Assembly (NCBI GenBank): GCA_030264375.1
Contig: JASCQW010000081.1
Location: 65,912,529-65,976,528, forward strand
Reading direction: 5' to 3'
DNA length: 64,000 bases
Source of the DNA: Carcharhinus longimanus
Taxonomy: Eukaryota
A program made the translations under genes and the position numbers. Below are positions 38,751-54,306 of the stretch, in pieces. Within the stretch, counting starts at the first letter, position 1. Each line of letters starts with the position of its first letter. The notes below the pieces were generated by a model. The model saw only the letters and a list, made by a program, of their open reading frames with translations. It ran no database searches and was not told where the DNA came from.

Positions 38751-39173
38751 TGTAAGATGTTAATTTGTCTCATATTAATCATATCTTTTGCTAAACTCAA
38801 ACTTGATTTGCAGTTTTGGCATTTCTTACCCCACATTTCTCATCCGTTTTCTTCTCCCAGCCAGTTAATCTGGGTTGGCCCTCATTTATTCCACAAAAAT
38901 TGGCTAATGTTCGGTTCTGCATTTCATCTTGGAATGATTTTTTCCTTTAGTTTCAATGAAGCGTGTTACAGTGAGCTTCATTTGGGTAAATTCCTTTACA
39001 TTCAAAGTTTATCTTAGTTTAAAATCAAAAAGAAGTTACCAATATTTGGAATTGTAACTGACATACCATTGGAGGGGAAAGTTTGGATGTGAAATAGTCA
39101 CATTGACTTTTGTTGGGATGCCATGTTTTGAAGATTGCTGAAATTCACTTCTCGTTTCCTTTGGTGGTGACAG

Positions 39174-39357
39174 TGATGAGCAAACCAACAAAGCTGAGCG
39201 CCTTGGGTCAAAAACTTCAGAGAATTCTGACGGCCAAAAAGAAATCAATGAGTGTCCCAGCAATAAAGGTTCATCAGATGAGAGTGCAACATTGCAAGCA
39301 GCGCCGCAGTCACCGAACAAGAGCTCTTTGACCAGAGGCCTACACACTGACCGTCAG
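39174..39357 (+). CDS. PRRC2C: PRRC2C coding exon
   Basis: DEQTNKAERLGSKTSENSDGQKEINE...HTDRQ; open frame, phase 2 to 0, AG/GT. Confidence 0.85.
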
Positions 39358-39719
39358 GTAGACTCTGTTTTGATCTCAATGTGACACTGTTAACAATAGA
39401 GCACTCTGTAGAATTAAAAATATGAATTTCAGAGAGCCTTTCACAGCTTCATGACATCCTTACAGCCAAGAAGATTTCATTGTTGAAGTAACTGTCAGTT
39501 GTTCTTGACTTGTAAAGTTTCTCTTTCATTGTGTTCCCTTGTATTTACACTTTCCTGATTACGTATAATAAATTTGAAAAATCGTGTTAAATGTGAAAAA
39601 TGCTGAACTACTAATGGTTAATGATAGGTTGTTTCTCCACATAAAATTGGACTGATTAATTTTGACTTCACTGCTTTATTTTGTAAATCTCCCAGCACAC
39701 TTCATTTTTTTATATTTCC

Positions 39720-41190
39720 AAATCAGGATGTTGAGAGGGAACTTGCAGTGTTCCCATGTATCGGCTGTTGTTGTCCTTCAAGATGTTAGCGGTCATGGGT
39801 TTGAAATGTGTCTAAGGAACCTTGGTGAGTTCCTGCAATGCTGCTTATAGAAACTACACATTGATGGTAGAAGGATTGATTGTTTGTGAAAGGTGTAGAA
39901 TGCTAATGGGCTTCTTTGTCTGAGACAAACTTCTTGAGTGTTGTTGGAGCTGCACTGTTCCAAGCAAGCGGAGCAAGTTTTCCTGTACACCCCTGACTTG
40001 TGCCTTGTAGATGCTGGACAGACTCTGGGGAGTCAGGAGGTTGAATTACTCATCATAGGATTCCTAGCCTTTGTACTGCTTTGGTTGCAACTGTAATTAT
40101 ATATGGTTAGTCCAGTTCCAGTTCTGGTTAGCAGTAACCCCAAGATGTTGCTAATGGGGGATTCAGCGATGGTAATTTCATTGAATATCAAAGGGTGATG
40201 TTTAGATCCACTCTCATTGGAGACGGTCATTGCTTGGCGTTTGTGAAGTGCAAATACTACTTATCCCATGTCAGCCCAAGCCTGGATATTGCCTGCATCC
40301 TGCTGCATTTGAAATGAACTACTTCATTATCTGAGGAGTCACAAATGGTGATAAACTTTGCAGTCACCTGTGAACATCCTCACTGGAAGGAAGGTCATTG
40401 ATAAAGCAGCTGAAGATGATTAGGCCTAGGACGCTACCCTTTGGAACTCCTGCAGTGATGTCCTGGAGCTGAGATGACTGACGTCTAACTATCACAACCA
40501 TCTTCCTTTGTGTCAGGTATGACTCCAACCAGTGGAGCGTTTTCTCTTTAAATTCCCATTGACTCCATTTTGCTAGAGAGCTTTGATGCTGTACTCTGTC
40601 AAATGTTACCTCGATGTCGAAGACAATCGCTTTCACCTCACCTCTGCCATTCAGCTGTTTTGTCCATGTTTAAACTAAGGCTAATGAGACAGGAGCTGAA
40701 TGATCCTGCAGGAATCCAAACTGTGTCAGTGAGCATGTTAATGCTGAGTAAGTGCTGCTTGATANNNNNNNNNNNNNNNNNNNNNNNNNNNNNNNNNNNN
40801 NNNNNNNNNNNNNNNNNNNNNNNNNNNNNNNNNNNNNNNNNNNNNNNNNNNNNNNNNNNNNNNNNNNNNNNNNNNNNNNNNNNNNNNNNNNNNNNNNNNN
40901 NNNNNNNNNNNNNNNNNNNNNNNNNNNNNNNNNNNNNNNNNNNNNNNNNACAGCCTTTGCAGTGTCTAGTGCTTTCAGCCATTTGATATCACATGGAGTG
41001 AATCAAATTGGCTGAAGACTGACACCTATGATGCTGGGAACCTCCAGAGGATGTTGAGATGAATTATCCACTTGACATTTGTTGCAAATGCTTCAGCCTT
41101 ATCTTTTGCACTGCTATGCTGGTCTCTTCCATCATTGAACATGGGAATATTTGTGGAGCAATCTCCTTCAGTGCGTTGTTCAATTATCCA
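39720..41190 (-). mobile_element. CR1/L2-clade LINE RT fragment of a different family
   Basis: TLHWLESYLTQRKMVVIVRRQSSQLQDITAGVPKGSVLGLIIFSCFINDLPS. Confidence 0.82.
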
Positions 41191-41197
41191 CCACCAG

Positions 41198-41337
41198 TCC
41201 AAAAATGTGTGGGTTAGATGGATTAGCCATGGTAAATGTGTGGGGTTACAGGGATAAGGTGGGGAGCAGCCTGGGGAAGATGTTCCGTTAGAGATTTGAT
41301 GGGCTGAATGGCCTCTACTGCACTGTAGGGACTCTGA
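41198..41337 (+). mobile_element. HE1-like SINE 3' half
   Basis: gtccaaaaatgtgtgggttagatggattagccatggtaaa...gatgggctgaatggcctctactgcactgtaggg. Confidence 0.7.
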
Positions 41338-41937
41338 TTAAACGGTGGTTGTAATAGGATTGTAGAGCTTAGATCTGATTTGTTGGTTGTGAAATTTCTT
41401 TCTATTACTATTTATTACATGCTGTTTATGCTGCATGTTTATTACATGCTGTTTATGCACGTGTGTAGTCCTGTATTATGGCTTCACCAGGTTGCACCTC
41501 ATTTTTAGGTATGCCCCGTGTTTTTCATGGTGTGCCCTCATGTCACTCTTCATGGCGTTGAATGGAACTTCTACTGTACAAGAGGAAATAGATTGTCGTC
41601 AATTTTGCCTCCCCAAAGATGCTCTGAATTTGTATTGTAAATAATACTTTTAAGCATAAGACAGGATTAAGTATCTGTTAACAAATGAGAATATACCCCA
41701 GTTTCTCTTGAAATAAATTGGACGAAGTGGAAAAGTATAATTGGCACGCATAATCGTGTGTAATTATTTGATATCGAATGCAAATACTCCAGTCTCAATC
41801 CTAAAAGTCATTGCCGTTCTTGTAAGCAGTGCCTCCTTTCAGCTATGTATAAATTCTTGAATTGTTGGCCACGTTAATTGAAATTGCTATGGGGTGTAAA
41901 GTTTAGAATAACAGGCTGATATCTGTTTACACTTTAG

Positions 41938-42024
41938 GATTCGGGAAGGGCATCAGTGCTAGCTGCGGCACGTGAATTGCGTGGAACAGGAAGTGTTCCT
42001 GTTAATCAGAAACCAGCTCCCCAG
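41938..42024 (+). CDS. PRRC2C: PRRC2C coding exon
   Basis: tttag|DSGRASVLAAARELRGTGSVPVNQKPAPQ|gtaatt; 87 nt, phase 0 to 0. Confidence 0.75.
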
Positions 42025-42181
42025 GTAATTCAAACAACAAAAAAATCAGTTCAAGAAAGATTTAAGTTAACGCTGCCTCACACCTTTATTTAGTAAATCT
42101 TTTGGTAATTAGATCAATTGATGTACAAGATTAATAACTTAATCGAACAATTCTTTACATTTCTATTCAATTAAATCATAG

Positions 42182-42898
<717 letters not shown>

Positions 42899-44049
42899 TA
42901 ATTTATAAGAAATCATTTTGTAGATAGCCAGATTATTCTCTGCAGAGGGTTTGGATTCTAACTTCAAGGTTTATTTCAGCCATGTTCCAATTTTACGAGG
43001 TCACTGCCTACCTATCATTAACTTTTAGTCAGGAATATGATGTGCAGGAGCAGTCTGACACTTAGCTCTGCTAAAAGTTTAAAAGTAGGTAATAGATTTA
43101 AAAATAATGCATCAATCATTCCTGCTTTATTTTGAGAACTGTTTTGTTTTTATATGTAATGCACATAGATTTTTTCTGCCATTTTTTGTGTTTAAATGCT
43201 TTTAGAATTGTGTGTGGATTACGTATTTGATTCAGTTAGAAATTACATAGCTTGTATTTGCGGACACAAACATTGAAATATTTAGTTGTCCAATCGTTAG
43301 ACATATGCTTGTGGGACTGTGCATTGAAGAAATCAAGACAGTTTGTTGACTTCGAGGAAAGTGAGCAGTTCATTATCTGGGGAACTTGTGGGTTCTTTTG
43401 CGATGTGCTGAGTTTAATCATCATCCATTACCAAAATTGTTGCTAGAATTGTAATTTAACCTCTTTCCCTTCCATTCTGCAATCTTTTATTTGTCTTTGG
43501 AAGGGATGAAACTGTTGTATCTCAGACCTCCATGAAGTAGGCAAATTGAAGGTTTATTCTCTAGCTGTGGCAATATATCATATCAGATTGGGAGATATTT
43601 CTCATCAGGCCAAATGTCTCTGCAACTGAAGGGAATGTTGTTGCCTGCTGTTAGAGCAGCACTAGTGCTCTCGCACCTAGCTACCTAGAGTAGCATTTCC
43701 AGTTTGCTTTTAAAATGCAGGGAAGTTCTACATCCTTTCTCTTCAAAGCAAATCTGGTCAGGAACAGAATAGGGTGGTCTGCACCTGGCACCCTTTCCCA
43801 CTTCATAACAATAAATGCTAATGAGCTAATGTTTAGCATTATTGCACTTGTTGCAGTAATGGCTGTGGTGGGCTGAATGCTTTGGCAGCTTCTCTTAGCT
43901 GCTCCTTGAGAAGCGTGTGTTTTTCAGCATAACCTGGTGTTTGAGTCAGAATGCTTGTTAACACTAATTTTCTGACCTTGTGCTCATCCTGCTACATGTT
44001 AAAGTTGTGGTGCTTTATTTCTCTTTGTTAGTTTCCTTTGTTTCTAGTT

Positions 44050-44355
44050 GACCTCAGGACTTGTGCCATCCACTTGCATAGTAGTAAACAGCCAACATCA
44101 ATGCAGTCCCAATTGAAGCCTTTTGCACATCCCAGAATTTAATTATTTCAACATTGATGCTCCACCATGCTTTCAGCTGCCGAGGCCCTAAGCTCTGGAG
44201 TTCCCTTCCTAAATATCTGTCTTCCTTTAAGGCACTTATTAAATGTAACAGTTTAGTCTTTGTCACGTAGAGAGATAACATCCCATTGTGTCAAATTCTG
44301 TTCCGTGGAATTCCTGTGAAGCACCTTGGACATTACATGCATGCATGTTATTGTT
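44050..44355 (+). mobile_element. L2-like LINE 3' end
   Basis: ctttcagctgccgaggccctaagctctggagttcccttccta; cctgtgaagcaccttgga tail. Confidence 0.6.
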
Positions 44356-44929
44356 GATTCTTAGATTTTAAAATGGCATTGTGAAGGTATTTTAGCTTGT
44401 AGCTTTACGATAGGGTTTCCATTTTGCATTGAAGCTGTGGGCAACTGTTTAGGCAATTTACCTTTCACAGATCCCTCATCAAACACTGCCAAGAATCTAG
44501 AAGTGACCCTCAATGATACAGGCATATGGCAGTACCAACAGCACTGTACAACAGTTCTATACTTAGCTGCAGGTTTTTATTTCAATTCTTTTAATTTTAT
44601 TAACTCTTCATCTATAGAGGAATTTTATGTGAATTTCATGTTTCCTTTTCATGATTCCTTTGTGTTTTATATGAAGTGTAAAGTGTATCTTTTTCTTCGT
44701 GAAAACAAGAATATATGCAATCAAAATGCTCTTCTGAAAAAAGAGTTGGTTTTGGCTTCTTGAATACAACAGAGTACAAAATTGTAATTACCACCTGTCA
44801 TCCCAAATTTCCTTTAATTTTTAATGTGTACCTATTACCTATTCATCATATAAAGATAGCTTTGTTTTACCCAGGCTTGGTATTGTTACTACCCAGCAAA
44901 TTAGCAATAAAATTGAATTTTTTTGACAG

Positions 44930-45102
44930 ATGATGCTTCTCAGTCTATCAATCAATTGGACAGTACTTTCAACGAGAAGGAGGTTACTCAAGCACCAAAT
45001 GACACTGATGGTGACTTGGGGTCCCAAACACGGCCTACTGTTCCCACAGGTTACTCCAAACAATTTCAGAAGTCATTGCCACCCCGATTCCAGAGACAGC
45101 AG
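44930..45102 (+). CDS. PRRC2C: PRRC2C coding exon
   Basis: Ends GYSKQFQKSLPPRFQRQQ|gtagga. Confidence 0.95.
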
Positions 45103-45518
45103 GTAGGAAATAGGCTGGCACCTTGAGTGAGCTAAGGGATTGTGGAATTGGCTCAAAGGAAATTGATTCATCATCAGCGCACAACATCGATGTAATGTTT
45201 TTCTTAGCACAGTTAATCAGCACTTGTTAAATCAAGGGCTCTGCTCGTGCCAGGTATTAGCATGATGAGAATCAGAGTTTTAGTCTAGCACAGACCAATA
45301 CTGTTGCTTGTAAGGTACCTGAAGCTTTTGTACAAATAAGTCCCAGTTTGTCTTTGAATTCTGGGGTCTCAACACAATTTCAAGTGCCTTTTTAATAACA
45401 GTTTTATGCCAGGGTCTGTGACGTAAAGTTAGGCTGATTAATCATGAAGTCTGCAATTTGACTTGACCAGTAAGAAGTCTCACATCACCAGGTTAAAGTC
45501 CAACAGGTTTATTTTGTA

Positions 45519-45555
45519 TCACAAGCTTTCAAAGCAATGCTCCTTCATCAGGTGA
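45519..45555 (-). ncRNA. Minimal hammerhead ribozyme motif (antisense copy)
   Basis: Reverse complement tcac-CTGATGA-a-ggagc/att/gcttt-GAAA-gct-T-gtga. Confidence 0.55.
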
Positions 45556-45571
45556 TGAACGTAATCCCAAC

Positions 45572-45608
45572 TCACCTGATGAAGGAGCAGTGCTCTGAAA
45601 GCTCGTGA
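45572..45608 (+). ncRNA. Minimal type I hammerhead ribozyme motif
   Basis: tcac-CTGATGA-a-ggagc/agt/gctct-GAAA-gct-C-gtga: stem I, core, stem II, palindromic AGCU helix III, CUC triplet. Confidence 0.65.
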
Positions 45609-45964
45609 TACTAAATAAACCTGTTGGACTTGAACCTGGTGCTGTGAGATTTCTTACTATGCTCGCCCCAGTCCAATGCTGGCATCTCTACATCTTGATT
45701 TGACCAATAAGGGTGCCTAATCTATGAAATGGAAAACTTGTACTTCTATAAGAGGTCCATTTTTGAGGTTGGGCTGGGTAAATGATGCAACGTTTGTATG
45801 GCCGTGCTGCACCAGACATTGAACACAAGCAATTGGGAATATTCTATATCTGTTAGTTTAAATGCAATTCTAAATGGTGCTGTCTGCTACTACTAAAACG
45901 CTTTTAAGGCATTGTAACTGTCTATACATTGGAATCTTTTGTTGAATTAATTTTGTTTTCTTAG

Positions 45965-46256
45965 GAACAGATGATGAAACAACAGCAATGGCAGCAGCAA
46001 TCACCTGGCATTCATCAACAACAAACACAATCCCAAACTCCAACCCAACCTCAAGCCCAGTCCCAGCCTCAGCCATCTGGAGCTCCTGTGCCTCCACCAC
46101 AGCATAGGCCCTTGTATCAGACTCCTTTAGCCCCACCTCATCATCAGCACTTGGCTTCCATGGGATTTGATCCACGTTGGATTATGATGCAGTCCTACAT
46201 GGATCCACGTATGATGTCTGGAAGGCCACCAATGGACATGACACAAATGCACCCTG
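45965..46256 (+). CDS. PRRC2C: PRRC2C coding exon, Q/P-rich
   Basis: EQMMKQQQWQQQ...HLASMGFDPRWIMMQSYMDPRMMSGRPPMD. Confidence 0.95.
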
Positions 46257-46344
46257 GTTGGTAATTTTATAAGTAGCTATGTATGATGTGACATTTTTAT
46301 CTTGAACTTTAGTGTGATCATAGTTTTCTTTTTAGTGCTCTGGG

Positions 46345-47662
46345 AGCAAAGAATGGTACAGCTCAGGAGCAGGCCCTTCGGCCCACCAAGTCTGTGCCAA
46401 CATAAATGCCCCTCTAATCTAATATTTTCTTGCCTCTGTGTGGTCCATATCCCTCTATTCCCTGCCTATTCATGTATCTATCCAGATGTCTCTTGAACAT
46501 TATTATAGACTCTGCTTCCACCACCACCTCCACCAACACATTCCATACATTCACCCTCTGTGTAAAAAAATTGCCCCTTCCATCTCTTTTAAACTTTACC
46601 CTCTCTATCCGAATATTTGACCCTGGGGAAAAAGACTCTAACTATTCACTCTATCCATGCCTGATGTAATTTTGTGGACATCTGTCAGGTTCCCCCCTCA
46701 TCCTCCAATGAAAACAATCCAAGTTTGTTCAGCCTTTCTTCATAATCTACATCCTCCAAACCAGGCACATCCTCGTGTAAATCTGCTGCACCCTTTTCAA
46801 TGCGTTAACATCCTTCTGGCAGTATGGTGACCAGAATTGTACACAACACTTCAAATGCGACCTGACCAAAGTCTTATACAGCTACAACATGATTTTCCAA
46901 TTCCTATACTCAACGTCCTGACCGATGAAGGCCAGCATGACATATGCTTTCTTGTCCACCTGAGTTGCCACCTTCAGGGAACTATGGATCTGCATGCTTA
47001 GATCCCTTTATGCAAATATTTCTAAGGGCTCTACTTCTGCAGTAGACCCTCCAAATCGCATCACCTCACGTTTGTCTGGGTTAAATTCCATCTGCCATCT
47101 TTTGGCTCAGGTGTCCAGCTGATTTATATTCTGCTATATCCTCTGACAATCATCCTTAATATGTGCTACTCCCCCAGTTTTTGTATCATCTGCAAATTTA
47201 CTAATCAGACCACCTACATTTTCCTCCAAATCATTTATGTGGAGGCCCTAACATTGATCCTTGTGGAACACCATTTGTCGCAGACCTCCAGTTTGAAAAG
47301 TACCCTTCCACTACTACTCTCTACATTCTATGCCCGAGCCAGTTTTTTATCCATATTACCAGCTCACCTCAGATTTCTTATAACTTTGTCTTCTGTATCA
47401 GTCTACAGAGGAACCTTAGCGAAAGCTTTACTAAAGCCCATGTGTACAACATCCACAGTCCTGTTCTGTTCAATGTTTTTTGTCACTTCCTCAAAGAACT
47501 CAGTCAAACTCCTGAGACATGATCTCCCCTTCACAAAACTATGCTGCCTATCACCAGAAGCCTATTCTCTTCCAGATGTGAGTACATCTGACCTTAAGAA
47601 TCTTCTCCAATGATTTCCCCACCACTGATGCAAAACTCATAGGCTTGTAGTTTCCCAGATTG
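46345..47662 (-). mobile_element. CR1 LINE 3' 1.3 kb
   Basis: Reverse strand SKFADDTKTG, DVVHMGFSKAFAKVP, LYKTLVRSHLKCCVQFWSPY. Confidence 0.88.
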
Positions 47663-48368
47663 TCAACTCGAGAGTACCTGCTGTTGCAGTGAATCATGCT
47701 GAAAAGAGTGTGCGGACTTGATGCAAGCGAGATTGAATTTAGTTTAATGCCCGCCTTCTGTGATTTTAGTTGCTGAGCACTACCAGTAACTTAGCATTCT
47801 CTGTATAGAATTGGAGAATGCTTACAGCACAGATGAAAGTCATTCAGTTCATCATGTCTGTCAGCTCCCTCCAAGAGCCTACTTTTGTTGTAGTCTTGCA
47901 ACTTTCCTTTCTTCAGATACATAAAGCTGTTTGGAAAAAATGTTATACAAGAGTCAGCCAAGCAGTCACAAGCTCACCTTTTTCAAGAGAACTTTCTCAG
48001 TGTTCGACGTAATTGATGCCCAATAAAACATCAGCATGTTGGGCATCAGTATATCAAAATCAAAGTTTTTAAGTTTCAAAATAGAATGCAGATATTTCAT
48101 ATTCATCATGAAGCACCTATGGGCTACAGAATGTGAATTTAAGTAGATTAATAATAAGGCTTGACTGTTGTTTCATAAGGTAGATTAATGCTTTTCATGC
48201 CCGACATATTGTTTCTTATGATCTGTTTTTACTTCCATTTTGCTCAGACTAAACCTGTACTCTAATCTTTATAGGGATCCTACGGGTCTATGAATACCCC
48301 TTTCAGGGATCAAGCTATTGCTGTGACAGTCTGTTTGAAAATCATTACTTCTATCTTGTGCCTAATAG

Positions 48369-48579
48369 GTATGATGCCAACAAAACTAATGAGAAGAGAT
48401 CAGATGGATAATTCTGGTTCAGGGCCTGAATCATTTGACCATCTGTCACGACCAGCCAGGGATCTCACCATTCAATCCACGGAGCCTCGATTGGTATGGA
48501 ACTCAGAACCATATCCTCATACAGAATCACAGCAAGCTACAACGCCTCCAGTAGTGGTGGAAGAATCCAAAGATTCAAG
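48369..48579 (+). CDS. PRRC2C: PRRC2C coding exon
   Basis: GMMPTKLMRRDQMD...EPYPHTESQQATTP; phase 1 to 2. Confidence 0.93.
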
Positions 48580-48675
48580 GTGGGTTTTGTGGCATGACTT
48601 CTTCGAAGATGAGTGTTGATAAGAGTTACTTTGCTTGTTTCAAAGACCATTGATCCTTACAAGTCTGGTTCACAG

Positions 48676-48903
48676 ACTTGGTATCAATGGGTGCTATTCT
48701 GATTGGCGGTTGGTGACTAGTGGAGTGCCGCAGGGATCAGTGCTGGGGCCTCAGNNNNNNNNNNNNNNNNNNNNNNNNNNNNNNNNNNNNNNNNNNNNNN
48801 NNNNNNNNNNNNNNNNNNNNNNNNNNNNNNNNNNNNNNNNNNNNNNNNNNNNNNGCAGGCTCGAAGGGCTAGATGGCCTACTCCTGCTCCTATTTCTTAT
48901 GTT
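48676..48903 (+). mobile_element. Young CR1 LINE collapsed over a 100-N gap
   Basis: GINGCYSDWRLVTSGVPQGSVLGPQ, then the same tail as 19920-19970. Confidence 0.88.
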
Positions 48904-49364
48904 CGCTCTGTGGCCTGTGCTAAAATTGTTAATCTTAGCCAGACTAACAAAGTTGTTCTAATTTGATCTTGTGCCTTTTCCAGGGTAGGAAATATGGCCA
49001 GAAGGAAATAAAAATCTACCTGGCTATCTGTTCCTATTTGTTATTCAATGTTGTCTGCTGATATTTTGTGTGGATACTGGATGAAGACAAAATGGGGTTC
49101 AGATACAACACCTTGTCACATTCAGATAGCTTACTGGTGCTATTTAGGCTCACTAGCTGAGCAAGGGCTGCCTGTGCCAACCATGCATAGTGTAGCAGGA
49201 AACCTGTTACGAAATCTCGAGTTTGTGATGTATTAAGAAACTTAGGTGGTGCTTCAATGATGAATGTAATTGCTGATTTTGTGGTGCATGATTACAATGT
49301 ATGTATGTTCCACTGTTCAGGCATTCTGAAACACTGATGTTTAATGGTTTTGTTATACCTTTAG

Positions 49365-51736
<2,372 letters not shown>

Positions 51737-52691
51737 TAGACTGTGCCATACATGGCCTTTCCAATTCAATTTTTGGACAAGTCTGTTCAAACCATTTTTT
51801 TAGCAAGGCACAGTTGTGGATGGTTTCTGACATCTTAAAGTACTTAAACTGCAATTCGTATTTAATTTGAAATTTGGTCAACAACTTTGCCAGCAAACAA
51901 TAACTTACCCAAGTGAACTTGTGTGCTAAAAATATTGACGACGCTTAACCTGTGGAAATTGATGCGCTATTTTTATCCTTTTACATTGCCAAAGTTAGAA
52001 GAGCAACATTTTTTAAAATCATTATACCGATGTAAAGAAGCTGCGTGTTTTTCCCCTCCCATCAGTATAATGATTTTTACCTTGTGCTTTACACTTTTGT
52101 CACTGCCAGAATTTGCATCATGTTTCCTAAATAGTTAAGTATGGAGCTTATTCTAGTGAATAAATGAATGATGCAGAAAAAAAATTCTAAGTTCACAAAA
52201 TAGGTGACTCCTGCAAGCTGTACTGGCTCTGTGCAAGGCGCATACGCATGTGCACTGTACAAGTCCAAGTGTATGGGCAGCATCACATTTATAGTGGTTT
52301 AAACATTCCACAGTGTTTGAGGCATTATCAAAAAAGAAGATACAGAGCTAAGGAAGAATATATTGGGGGTGATAAAAAGAGGTGCATTTTGAGGAGGAGT
52401 GTGCAGTGCACTTTAGTAGGGAAATTTCATTGTGAAGCCTAGGTATGTGAAGACATGGCTACAGATGGTGGAATTAAGGGAAGATGAATAAGACACCAAG
52501 GAGGAATCAAGAGCTAAGGTATGGAACTGGAGGTTGTTACAGAAATGTAGAGGAGCAAGGCCATGAACAATGTCCCAAACTGAGGTAATGGGAATGAGGA
52601 GTCAGTGCACGCAAATGAAGGCAGAATTTGACAAATGGGCAGGACTGGCTATTAGGTTGCAGGCAACAGAGTTTTTATTGAGCTTAAGCAC

Positions 52692-52914
52692 AGTAAATAG
52701 TCTCAACACCAGGTTATAGTCCAACAGGCTTATTTGGTAGCATAAGTTTTTGGAGCGTTGCCCCTTTATCAGGTGAGTGAAGAGTTCAGTTCACAAAACC
52801 AAATGATAGCACAAGCTCCAAAAGCTCATGCTACCAAATAAACTGTTGGACTTTAACCTGGTGTTGTGAGATACTAACTATGCCAACTCAGTCCAACAGC
52901 TGCAACACCTCATC
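52692..52914. mobile_element. Second, degraded palindromic Penelope-derived element, inside an L2 remnant
   Basis: caccaggttatagtccaacagg..tatttggtagcat / atgctaccaaataaactgttggactttaacctggtg; flanks attgagct at 52677 and 52915. Confidence 0.8.
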
Positions 52915-54100
52915 ATTGAGCTAAAAGTTATGAGGGTGTGGGTTAAAAGCATGGCCAGGAGATCAATGGAATAGTGGAGTCCAGAAGTGAATACACTTTC
53001 AATGAAAATACTAGCTGCTGGATATGTTCATTTAGTGGGAGCAGTATGCTTGTGAATTTGGGTGAAAGGCATATTGGAGTGGAGTAGAAGGGGCTTTTCT
53101 CTGCTTCCCTTGAAAGTGATTATTACTGGTATCTACTGATCAAATTGAGTGCTCCATTCTTTCACACGAATATCCCCATGAGCTCAAAATTAAATTTTTA
53201 TTAAAAAGTCCTCATTAAGCATTTGATGCATTTTCCAGGAAATACTGCTGCTGATGTCAGAGCAGCTGTCACAGTGTGCTTCTTCAATTTATATTATATC
53301 ACTGTGACCATGTTTTCTTCATATGGCTTATTATTTTTATGAAGAACTTAACTCAAGTTCTTGGAATTTAATGGGTGCATTTGTAATCAAGTTTTGGAGA
53401 TCAGGTCTGACAAACACTGGATGAAGTGGTAACTGGTGGTATTTATCCAAAAAAAAAGCATGAATAGGTTTCTATTATTTATTGAATCTTGCCCACTGTT
53501 TACTTCGTATTTTGCTGAGTATTATCGGTAAAGTCAGCTGTACTTTTATAACATGGGTGGTGTCTGAAATGAACACTGGACATTTAAGGGCTGAAGCACT
53601 TGGAATCCACTAAGCACTGCCATGCATCTAACTTGAGCTGGGAGTGATTAATGTTGGCATTTGAGCGCCTGGCCGAAGCTAATATTTAATTTATATCACC
53701 AACATCACACTTTTTTGTTCAGTGCAAAGTTCATAGAAAATATCATGATTGTTGGGGAAGATGGAACAAAAATAGCCATCTTTATTTTAGAAAATGGGGT
53801 TTTTGTATTTTTAACATGTAGCTTTCACAAATCAAGAAATGGCAATTGTTTGACAATCAGTCGTTCTTAAACAGTGGGATCTGTAATTCAGGGGACGGAT
53901 GTAAATGATTTGCAAGAATTAATCAATACATTTTCAGCTTAAAATAATCATGCAAAGTTGGTTTTGTACACTTCTTTCAGCAGGATACATTTTTTCCCAT
54001 TTTCTTTTACCTGACTGAAGTGAAGGTTGAGGGCATGTAATGCACTGTTATCTTGAGGGGATGGTGGTTAGTTTCTTGATTGTATGGTTTGTGTGATTAG

Positions 54101-54306
54101 GCCTTTTGAAGAGAGAACGGCAATGATTGGTATTGATCCCACCAGCAGTAATATGGCTCATCATCCAGGGGAAAATAACAATACAGGCACAGCTACAAAG
54201 TCTACTAAAGATGCAACTGGAAAGAAAAGAGAAGAATCCAAATCGGCTAAAAAACCAAAAGAAAAGCCTGATGCCCTGTCACAGTTTGATTTGAACAACT
54301 ATGCTA
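54101..54306 (+). CDS. PRRC2C: PRRC2C coding exon
   Basis: GPFEE...KKPKEKPDALSQFDLNNYA|gtgagt. Confidence 0.95.

Larger units (their letters stand above)
45469..45694. mobile_element. Palindromic Penelope-derived short element with target-site duplication
   Basis: 87-bp inverted arms 45469-45555 / 45572-45658 (7 mismatches); flanks ttgacttgacca (45458) / ttgatttgacca (45695). Confidence 0.85.

Noticed and set aside
45258-45327. Second ATGATGA...CTGA pair
   Set aside because: No convincing stem, internal boxes or guide; likely chance
49252-49337. C/D-box snoRNA-like motifs (ATGATGA...CTGA); PRRC2 paralogues host snoRNAs
   Set aside because: Weak terminal stem, only ~30 nt from the acceptor, and no recognisable rRNA-complementary guide or similarity to SNORD62
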